Shown: positions 31,447 through 39,401 of the stretch, piece after piece
Layout: the number at the start of each line of letters is the position of its first letter
Numbering within the stretch: the first letter of the stretch is position 1
DNA from: Armatimonadota bacterium
GTDB taxonomy: Bacteria > Armatimonadota > UBA5829 > DTLH01
Direction of reading: 5' to 3'
Length of the DNA: 64,000 nucleotides
NCBI GenBank assembly: GCA_039680575.1
Contig: JBDKSP010000088.1
Location: forward strand, 12,417-76,416
Translations under genes and position numbers: made by a program
Notes under the pieces: model-generated
Told to the model about the DNA's origin: nothing
Seen by the model: the letters and a program-made list of their open reading frames with translations, nothing else
The model's database searches: none

Positions 31447-34185
31447 ATGAAAGATAACGGCGAAAGCCGGAGACATAAACTTGTAGCGATAGACGGAAAC
31501 AGCCTGCTATACAGGGCGTTTTTTGCGATGAAGCACCTGTCCACGATAAGCGGCCAGCCGACTAACGCTGTCTACGGCTTCACGATGATGCTCCTCAGGC
31601 TGCTCCAGGAGGAGAAGCCCGATTCCATAATCGTGGCGTTCGATGCGCCCGTCAAGACGTTCCGCCACAAGGAATATGACGGGTATAAAGCCCACCGCAA
31701 GCCCACTCCTGATGAGCTTCTTTCTCAGGCTCCGATTGCGCGTGAGATGGTCGAAGCGTTCAGGATCCCTATGGTGGAAGTTCCCGGCTTTGAGGCGGAC
31801 GATGTTATCGGCACAGTCGCAAGGCAGGCGTGTGAGCAGGGCTACGATACGCTGATAGTTACCGGCGACCTCGATGCGCTTCAGCTCGTAAACGACTGCG
31901 TGAAGGTTATGACCACTGTAAAAGGTGTCACCGACACGGTTGTCTACGATGCGCGGGCAGTGGAGGACAGGTTTGGCATAACCCCGGAGCAGATGGTCGA
32001 TTTCAAGGCGCTGAAGGGCGACCCATCAGACAACATACCAGGAGTGTCCGGGGTAGGGGACAAGACCGCTGCGACGCTCGTGAAGCGGTTCGGGAATGTC
32101 GAAACGCTCCTTGAGCATCTAGATGAAATAGAACAGCCCAAACTTCGCGCTACGCTGGAGCAGTCGGTCGAGCTGGCGAAGATGTCCAAATACCTCGCGC
32201 AGATCGTGACGGATGTGCCGTTCCAATATACTTTGGATGACTTGAAGACCCGCGAGCCGGATTACGAAAGGCTGCGCGAGCTGTTCCGTGAGCTGGAGTT
32301 CAGAACACTCTTGAAGAGACTCCCTGAGCCGGAGTCTGGAGAGACCGTAGAAGACAGGCCGAAGGTGGAACTCGGAGCATGCGGCACGGTCGAGAGTGAT
32401 AAAGAGCTTTCGGAACTGATAGAGCGGCTTAAATTGGCAGGTCAGTTTGCGCTTCGGGTCCACAGAACGCAAGGAAAGCCGACAGAGAGTGACCTTATCG
32501 GGATTTCCTTTTCTACCGGCTCAGGAGAAACGTCCTATGTAAGGATTTCCGGCAGCGAAGACCCCAAAAACGGTGAACAAGGTCTCTTGATCGATTTCGG
32601 AGAAAGCCCATTCGCCGTGGATGTGGCTGCATTTCGGGATATTTTCGAGTCCTGCGCCCTTCTCAAATATGGACATGACCTGAAATCGGACTATGAAGCA
32701 CTCAAGCTGCGAGGTGTCAAACTTTGTGGAATGAGCTTTGACACTATGATAGGAGCGTACGTGCTGAACTCGGCGAGAAGCGGCTACGCGGTCAACGATG
32801 TCGCTTTCGAGCAGCTCGGACTTGAGCTTCCTCAGATAGACCGCAGGTCGAAGGACAAAGATTCGCAACCTAGCCCTGAGAAGGTGATTTGTGCGGAGGC
32901 GGAAGCCGTAGGGCGGCTGGTCCCGGTACTCCGCGAAAAGCTGGAACAAGATGACCTGATGGTACTTCTCGAAAAGATAGAGATGCCGCTCATCCCTGTC
33001 CTTGCGGATATGGAGCTTCGCGGCGTATCTGTCGATACGGCGTATCTGAGACAGCTTTCCGTGAGGCTGAACGATAGAATACGGGAGCTTGAGCACGAAA
33101 TTTACGGTCTGGCAGGCCACGAATTTAACATAGGGTCTCCAAAGCAGCTTCAGGCGGTGCTTTACGAAGAGCGTCAGATACCTGTAGGCAAGAAAACCAA
33201 GACGGGCTATTCGACCGATGCCGAAACGCTCGAATCGCTTGCTGTAGTGCATCCGATAGTCGCGAAAATACTCGAGTGGCGCGAGTTTTCGAAGCTCAAA
33301 TCGACCTATGCAGATGCGCTTCCTAAACTGATTAACCCGAAAACTGGGAGAATCCATACATCGCTCAACCAGGCCGTGACCACGACCGGAAGGCTCTCGT
33401 CGAGCGAGCCGAATTTGCAGAACATACCGGTCCGAACAGAGATCGGCCGCGAGATAAGAAAAGCCTTTGTCTCGACAGGCGGGAACCTGCTGGTCGCGGC
33501 GGACTACTCGCAGATCGAGCTTAGAATACTCGCACATATAACGGATGATTTCGAGCTTGTGAGGGCGTTCGAGTCGGGTGAGGACATTCACCTGCACACG
33601 GCTTCTACTGTATTCGGCATCCCTGAGAGTGAAGTTACCTCGGATATGAGGCGGATCGCAAAGACGGTCAATTTTGCCGTTATCTACGGAATGAGTGACT
33701 TCGGCCTTGCCCGTGAACTCGGTATTCCGAACAGAGAAGCCAGGAATTTTATCGACCGGTACTTCGCAAAGTTTCTCGGGGTCAGACGCTATACAGATGA
33801 AACAGTGGAGTATGCGAGGGAAAAGGGGTATGTAACGACGCTCGTCGGGCGCAGGCGGTACATTCCCGAAATCCACAGCGGAAACAGGAATTTCAGGCTG
33901 TTTGCCGAACGCGCTGCTGTGAATATGCCTATCCAGGGCGCTGCGGCAGACATGATGAAGCTCGCGATGATCGCCGTGGACCGCGCGCTCGAAAAAGAAG
34001 GGTTGAAGACCCAGATGATCCTGCAGGTCCATGATGAATTGGTGTTTGAAGTCCCGCCTGAAGAAGTTGACCGGGTAGTCCCGTTGGTGAAGAATTTGAT
34101 GGAAACCGCGTATCCTCTGGCTGTGCCGCTCCTGGCGGACGTAAAAATTGGGAAGAATTGGGCAGAAATGGAGCCGGTCTCTTGA
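31447..34185 (+). CDS. polA: DNA polymerase I
   Basis: 5'-3' exo (DGNS..YRAF, EADD, GD.SDNIPG); motifs ADYSQIELR, AKTVNF..IYG, QVHDEL. Confidence 0.97.
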   Translation: MKDNGESRRHKLVAIDGNSLLYRAFFAMKHLSTISGQPTNAVYGFTMMLLRLLQEEKPDSIIVAFDAPVKTFRHKEYDGYKAHRKPTPDELLSQAPIAREMVEAFRIPMVEVPGFEADDVIGTVARQACEQGYDTLIVTGDLDALQLVNDCVKVMTTVKGVTDTVVYDARAVEDRFGITPEQMVDFKALKGDPSDNIPGVSGVGDKTAATLVKRFGNVETLLEHLDEIEQPKLRATLEQSVELAKMSKYLAQIVTDVPFQYTLDDLKTREPDYERLRELFRELEFRTLLKRLPEPESGETVEDRPKVELGACGTVESDKELSELIERLKLAGQFALRVHRTQGKPTESDLIGISFSTGSGETSYVRISGSEDPKNGEQGLLIDFGESPFAVDVAAFRDIFESCALLKYGHDLKSDYEALKLRGVKLCGMSFDTMIGAYVLNSARSGYAVNDVAFEQLGLELPQIDRRSKDKDSQPSPEKVICAEAEAVGRLVPVLREKLEQDDLMVLLEKIEMPLIPVLADMELRGVSVDTAYLRQLSVRLNDRIRELEHEIYGLAGHEFNIGSPKQLQAVLYEERQIPVGKKTKTGYSTDAETLESLAVVHPIVAKILEWREFSKLKSTYADALPKLINPKTGRIHTSLNQAVTTTGRLSSSEPNLQNIPVRTEIGREIRKAFVSTGGNLLVAADYSQIELRILAHITDDFELVRAFESGEDIHLHTASTVFGIPESEVTSDMRRIAKTVNFAVIYGMSDFGLARELGIPNREARNFIDRYFAKFLGVRRYTDETVEYAREKGYVTTLVGRRRYIPEIHSGNRNFRLFAERAAVNMPIQGAAADMMKLAMIAVDRALEKEGLKTQMILQVHDELVFEVPPEEVDRVVPLVKNLMETAYPLAVPLLADVKIGKNWAEMEPVS

Positions 34186-34210
34186 CGCAGGATTAAGTTA
34201 AGTTTATCAT
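34182..34210 (+). promoter_or_regulatory. Sigma70-type promoter for rpsA
   Basis: TTGACG-N17-TATCAT. Confidence 0.6.
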
Positions 34211-34485
34211 ATACTTTGTGTGGCAATCCCCGTGCAGCACATACGTTGTTGCGCGGCTTCTTGTTTATACAGAATGTGTTTCGGAGCCGGGTTGAGCAGC
34301 AGTCAGCCCCGTGCGCCGTTCAGGCCTTTTCCGGTCAGGCTATACGGAAAGAAAACCGGTAACGATTGTGCTGTCGAAAACTCTGCTGCGGTTTTTGATC
34401 GACAAGTAAATTCGGGATCCGCATACGATACGGCGATGTCGTGTTGTTTTACGGGTGATTCCCAGTGAGAGGAGTATCCTAACAG

Positions 34486-36216
34486 ATGCTGGACGAGAAT
34501 AAAGACCAAGAGACGAACTCCGCGGCCAATGAGTGGTCGGGAACGCCGTTCCAGGGCTGGAAAGATTCTGAGAATGGGGAGACTGAAGTGCAGGGAGAAG
34601 AGGGACAGGTGGTCGATCCTGTAAAAGAAGAGATGACGGGGACGGAAACCCCCGGTGATTCAAACGAGGATACGACGCTTGCTGAGGAGCCTTCGAAATC
34701 GAATGAAAGTCCGGTCGAAGAACCGGCTGAAGAGCTCGAAAGCAATCAGCCCGCACCCCAGGATAACGCGGGTCAGCCCGTGGATTATTCCCGGACTTTC
34801 CGCTCGCTCCAGGAAGGTGATGTCGTTAAGGGAGTCGTTGTTCATATAGACAAAGAAGGCGTGCTGGTCGATGTGGGCACTAAGTCCGAGGGAATTGTCC
34901 GTCCGCACGAACTGAGCCGACAGGCTAATCTTCAACCGGAAGAAGTCGTTCAGGTCGGGGACAAGATCGATGTATATGTAATGCAGTCCGAAGATCAGGA
35001 CGGCGGACTGGTGCTTTCCAAAAAACGAGCCGACTTCGAGCGCGCATGGGAGCGCGTAGAAGAGGCTCATCGAAGCGGCAAGACTCTTACAGCTATGGTT
35101 TCCGACCGGGTCAAGGGCGGAATCGTAGTCGATCTGGGCATCCGTGGGTTCGTTCCGGCTTCCCATGTTGGAAGCGGCAAGATTAAGAACCTGGATAAGT
35201 ACGTCGGGCAATCGATTCCGCTGAAGGTAATCGAAGTAGACCGTGACCGCCGGAAGGTCGTTCTTTCCAACAGACTTGCAACCGAGGACGAGCGGGAGAA
35301 GCTGAGAGCGGAAACACTCAAAACGCTTGCTGAGGGACAGATCAGAACCGGCGTCGTGCGCAGGATTACAGATTACGGCGCATTCGTCGATCTGGGCGGT
35401 ATCGATGGACTGCTTCATATCAGCGAGATGTCATGGACGAGGATCAAGCATCCTTCCGATGTCGTCAAAGTCGGAGATAAGATTCAGGTGATGGTCCTTA
35501 AGCTCAACTTGGACCAGGGAAAGGTTTCCCTTGGACTCAGGCAGATCCTGCCGGATCCGTGGGCTGAAGTGGAAGCCAGATACCATGTCGGCGACATTAT
35601 CAAGGGTAATGTCTCACGGCTGGTCCCGTTTGGCGCGTTCGTTCAGGTCGAAGGCGGTATCGAGGGTATTATCCCCAACTCCGAGCTTGCGGTTCGCCGA
35701 GTAAGCAAGCCTGAGGATGTGGTATCCGTGGGCCAGGAAGTCGAGATTAAAGTCATCGATGTCCGACCCGAGGAGCGCAGAATGACGCTGTCGCTCAGAC
35801 AGCTTCAGCCGCAGCCCCAGGAGCGTGTAAGGGAGCGATCTGAGTCATCCAATTATGGCTCATATACCCGGGAAGAGCCCAAGACGACCATTGGCGATCT
35901 GTTCGGTGATATGATCCGCGAAGCCAGAGTCGAGCGCCGCGAGAGAAAGCGCCGCGAACGCGAGGAAGCCGATGATGTCGAGATGTCTGTCGACGTAGAA
36001 GAGCCGATGTTCCCTGAGCCGGCTGAAACAGTCGAAGAGACTCCCGAAGTAGTTGAAGCTGTCGAAGAAACTCCGGCTGCAGAGGAGGAGACCCCTGCTG
36101 AGACTGCTCAGGAAGCCGTCGAGGCTGTAGAGGTATCAGAAGAGCCGAAAGTTCTGGCCGAAGAGATAGAGACTTCCGAGCCCGCAGCTGAGGGTGAGGA
36201 GCCTAAGACCGAGTAA
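34486..36216 (+). CDS. rpsA: 30S ribosomal protein S1 (four S1 domains, acidic N- and C-terminal tails)
   Basis: VDVGTKSEG, GIRGFVPASH, YGAFVDLGGIDGLLHISEMSW, FGAFV..GIEGII; GAGGAG RBS. Confidence 0.93.
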   Translation: MLDENKDQETNSAANEWSGTPFQGWKDSENGETEVQGEEGQVVDPVKEEMTGTETPGDSNEDTTLAEEPSKSNESPVEEPAEELESNQPAPQDNAGQPVDYSRTFRSLQEGDVVKGVVVHIDKEGVLVDVGTKSEGIVRPHELSRQANLQPEEVVQVGDKIDVYVMQSEDQDGGLVLSKKRADFERAWERVEEAHRSGKTLTAMVSDRVKGGIVVDLGIRGFVPASHVGSGKIKNLDKYVGQSIPLKVIEVDRDRRKVVLSNRLATEDEREKLRAETLKTLAEGQIRTGVVRRITDYGAFVDLGGIDGLLHISEMSWTRIKHPSDVVKVGDKIQVMVLKLNLDQGKVSLGLRQILPDPWAEVEARYHVGDIIKGNVSRLVPFGAFVQVEGGIEGIIPNSELAVRRVSKPEDVVSVGQEVEIKVIDVRPEERRMTLSLRQLQPQPQERVRERSESSNYGSYTREEPKTTIGDLFGDMIREARVERRERKRREREEADDVEMSVDVEEPMFPEPAETVEETPEVVEAVEETPAAEEETPAETAQEAVEAVEVSEEPKVLAEEIETSEPAAEGEEPKTE

Positions 36217-36241
36217 ACGCAGGCTTAGCCTGATTTAGTGT

Positions 36242-36279
36242 AAAAAAGCCGCATGAATCAGTTTCATGCGGCTTTTTTT
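36242..36279 (+). terminator. Rho-independent terminator after rpsA
   Basis: AAAAAAGCCGCATGAA-loop-TTCATGCGGC-TTTTTTT. Confidence 0.85.
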
Positions 36280-36439
36280 GCCTTTTCTCGCTTCTACCAG
36301 GCAAGCATGGGCATGTTCAAGTGTAAGTTGAAATGTTGGACTATTAACAATCCATTTCTGCTGAAGGCTGATAGCTGACCACTGAAAGCTCAAAAGCACT
36401 TGCCTGCTTACTTCAAAATGATGTAATCTGTGTAGGACA

Positions 36440-37048
36440 ATGGGAATTGTGCTTGGGATAACCGGCGGAATTGCAACCGGAAAGACGACGGTCACGGATA
36501 TGTTTCGTGAGCTTGGCGCCGAGACTATATCGGCGGATGATGTTGCACATGAAGTACTGGCGCCTGGAGCGCCGGTCATCGATGAGTTGGTCGAGAGGTT
36601 TGGTCATTCCATCATAAAACCCGATGGCAGCATAGACCGGAGCGCGCTGGCGGAAATAGTTTTCAAGAACCCCGAAGATTTAGCTGCGCTTAACGACATT
36701 ACGCACCCTCCTATAATTGAGATCATTAAGGCTCGAATAAGAGAGTTCCGAAGCCGCGCAGGCAAGTGTGATGTGCTCGCGGTGGAGATTCCGCTCCTAA
36801 TAGAATGCAAATTAATGGGACTTGTTGATAAAGTCATAGTCGTTGCAGCGGAACAAGAGACGCAGTTAATTCGTCTGACAACAAGAGGTTTCTCGTATGA
36901 TGAGGCACTGCGGCGCATAGCTGCCCAGTTGCCGACCTCAGAGAAGCTCCATTATGCTGATGAAGTGGTCCGGACGGATGTGAGTCTGGAAGATACAAGA
37001 CAGCAGGTGGAGCGAGTGTGGAAATTGGCACAAAGCTGCGACGAGTGA
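36440..37048 (+). CDS. coaE: Dephospho-CoA kinase
   Basis: GITGGIATGKT, ADD.AH, IDR..L...VF, HP.I, EIPLL.E. Confidence 0.94.
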   Translation: MGIVLGITGGIATGKTTVTDMFRELGAETISADDVAHEVLAPGAPVIDELVERFGHSIIKPDGSIDRSALAEIVFKNPEDLAALNDITHPPIIEIIKARIREFRSRAGKCDVLAVEIPLLIECKLMGLVDKVIVVAAEQETQLIRLTTRGFSYDEALRRIAAQLPTSEKLHYADEVVRTDVSLEDTRQQVERVWKLAQSCDE

Positions 37049-37174
37049 AAAGTCTGGCTGTGCGAGAGGGATGTCATCGCAGCATAAACCGGTTTTGGCT
37101 GTGGTGTGATAGTGGTTTTATCTCCTACAGTGACCGGCACTCCTGTTGAAGGGCTCCCTGCTCATTAAAATTGC

Positions 37175-37204
37175 TTGCCTGATTCTTGGCAGTTATGCTA
37201 TATT
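37175..37204 (+). promoter_or_regulatory. Candidate sigma70 promoter of the surface operon
   Basis: TTGCCT-N18-TATATT with extended -10 TG. Confidence 0.45.
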
Positions 37205-37522
37205 GGAACTAAATATACTGCTGACATTGTTTCTGTCTCGGCGTCCATTGCCCGTCAGGCACGGTGTGCTTCAACAAGCTGGCAGACGCTTCGGGGATTT
37301 TGCCCGAAGCGCTGACCAAGAAAAGTTCGCGGGTGGACGAAATTGCGGGCTAATGATGGGATCATCTGTGAGTCCGGTCAATTACGTGGTCGCAGGGATA
37401 ATCCACTGTCCGGCTGGTACAATTTGTAACAAATCGAACTTGCGCCATCGGTATAAAGGCAGGTTGCCTGACCGGCACTTTGCTAACGGTGGTCGTAAAG
37501 ATTCTTGGGGAGGAAGTTTTCG

Positions 37523-39298
37523 TTGAATCTAAGGAAGCACGAGAGGCTTTATAGGCTGGTGTCCTGTGTCACGGTGTTTGGATTCATACTGCCGTTGATG
37601 CTGACAGTATTTCCGCAGGCTGCTGTAGCACAGTCACAGGCTCAGACGCCGATGCAAGTAGGCGTGGTCGAATTCCGTAATGATTCTGGCGTGCAGGGAA
37701 GTATGCTTGCCAGGTTTGCTACGGACGCGGTGGTAATCGAGCTCAGCAAGTCGGACCGCTTTGATGTTATCACAAGAGCGCAGATCGATGCGCAGATGAA
37801 AGACCTTGGAATTGCCAACCCGCTTAACAGCGTCGAGCGTAACAGATTGGGAGAGGCTCTCTACGCCGATGCTATGATCGAAGGTTCAATCAAGGCAGTC
37901 GAACTCCGGGGCAGCGGGTCTACACGCCGTGCTGCCGTCACCATTGTCATTCGAATGGTCGATCAGTCATCCGGCGAGGTCATTAACGGCGCTATCCAGA
38001 CAGGTACCAGTAATGTGCGTGTCGGCAGCAGTCCGGACGATGACAAGCTGATTTCGGAAGCCATTAACAACGCTGCATATCAGGCTGTCAAAACGATGAT
38101 CGATTACATCATCCCCGAGGCGACAGTCCAGAATACGATCAGAACCAATGAGATTCTGTTGAATAAGGGTGCCAGAGACGGCATCAGGTTAGGTATGCGG
38201 ATGATCGTTACGCGGGACCGCGAGATCATTGGGGAAGTCGAGATCAGGAAGGTAGACCCGGACAACGCGACGGGTTTCATAGTAAAGCAGACACGGGGAA
38301 TCAGCCCGGAAGACAAGGCTAGAGCAGTATTCGATATGCCGGAGATCGCCAGAGTACAGGCGGATTCCGGTACGAAATCCGGTCCTCCTACCGTTTCATC
38401 AAAGAAGTCGAGTTCTTTGCCTAAGATCGGTAGAGTGCTCCTGGGTGTACTTGTTGCCTGGGGTGTATCGAAAATCTTCGATTCTGATGGCACAGAAAGC
38501 GTCGGTGGTGTGACCGCTGAAGCAGGATTGTCCGGTTATAACCTGCCCGTTGAAAGCGGCAGCCCCGGTGTTAGGGTAAAATGGGATGCCAGTAAACTCG
38601 GACGCGGCAAGAATGTCATAGAGTATCATATCTGGAGGAACGACGTAAGCGGTCCAGTGCTTACAGCCCGCGCTTCGGATGGTGTAGCTTTTGATGATGC
38701 AAACACCAGGTCTACAGCATATACCACCGCCAACAGCGAGACGAATGCTAAGACTACCGGCACGACTACAGTTCCTGCTATGACACTCAGCACGCCTCTT
38801 AAATACTGGGTTTCCGCGCTTTATATGGTCCAGTCTTCGGATAGCACTCTATATTATGAAACGGACAAAGTTGCTACCGGCCAGGCGACACCTATGTCTC
38901 AGATAGCTGTAGCAAATCTCACGCTGCCGGCTGCTGGCAGTCAGCAGAACTTGCAGAAAGTAACATTTGAGTGGCTTTCCAGAAGAGGCGCGGATGTCTA
39001 CATAGTTGAAGTTTCAAGCGACCCGACATTCCAGAACCCTGAATATGTAAGCAGTCCTGTATACTACTCTCCGGCCGCAGATGGTCAGACGGTAAGGCTG
39101 GTGGTATCAGCGTCACTCTATAACTTATTCTCAAGCACAACAAGTGATCAACCGATCTGGTGGCGAGTCGGGATGCGGGCAAGTGGAGACTCACCTGGAC
39201 CAATTCCGGCAAGCGGAAGGTCCAGTATGCGATATTTATATAGTGAAATAAACTCATTCTATCCGGCTGATACACCTCCGGGCACGCCGGATCAGTAA
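37523..39298 (+). CDS. Exported CsgG/FlgT-like protein with internal hydrophobic segment and C-terminal beta-sandwich domains
   Basis: GGGGAGGA RBS before TTG 37523; signal peptide ending AVA-Q; VGVVEF..RFDVITR.QID..LGEAL.AD..IEG..IRMVD..SGEV; LNKG..DG...GM; ends DTPPGTPDQ. Confidence 0.7.
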   Translation: MNLRKHERLYRLVSCVTVFGFILPLMLTVFPQAAVAQSQAQTPMQVGVVEFRNDSGVQGSMLARFATDAVVIELSKSDRFDVITRAQIDAQMKDLGIANPLNSVERNRLGEALYADAMIEGSIKAVELRGSGSTRRAAVTIVIRMVDQSSGEVINGAIQTGTSNVRVGSSPDDDKLISEAINNAAYQAVKTMIDYIIPEATVQNTIRTNEILLNKGARDGIRLGMRMIVTRDREIIGEVEIRKVDPDNATGFIVKQTRGISPEDKARAVFDMPEIARVQADSGTKSGPPTVSSKKSSSLPKIGRVLLGVLVAWGVSKIFDSDGTESVGGVTAEAGLSGYNLPVESGSPGVRVKWDASKLGRGKNVIEYHIWRNDVSGPVLTARASDGVAFDDANTRSTAYTTANSETNAKTTGTTTVPAMTLSTPLKYWVSALYMVQSSDSTLYYETDKVATGQATPMSQIAVANLTLPAAGSQQNLQKVTFEWLSRRGADVYIVEVSSDPTFQNPEYVSSPVYYSPAADGQTVRLVVSASLYNLFSSTTSDQPIWWRVGMRASGDSPGPIPASGRSSMRYLYSEINSFYPADTPPGTPDQ

Positions 39299-39401
39299 GA
39301 ATTGCTTTCAGCATCGGCCGCACCGTTCGCTATATTGAGATAAAGAGCGGGCGGCCGACCCGCTACAAGCGGGTCGGGACGACAGGGAGGTACAGGAGAA
39401 G

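Noticed and set aside
31119..31544. Short ORFs over tRNA-Leu (also 63332-63734 over tRNA-Ser)
   Set aside because: Spurious translations of tRNA genes and their flanks.
32521..34032. 503 aa antisense ORF, and similar ones at 245-1072, 3591-4562, 14754-15626, 34660-35418
   Set aside because: Antisense shadows of conserved genes with no recognisable motifs.
37146..37526. 126 aa ORF upstream of the surface operon
   Set aside because: TTG start without RBS, no motifs, overlaps the predicted promoter and leader.
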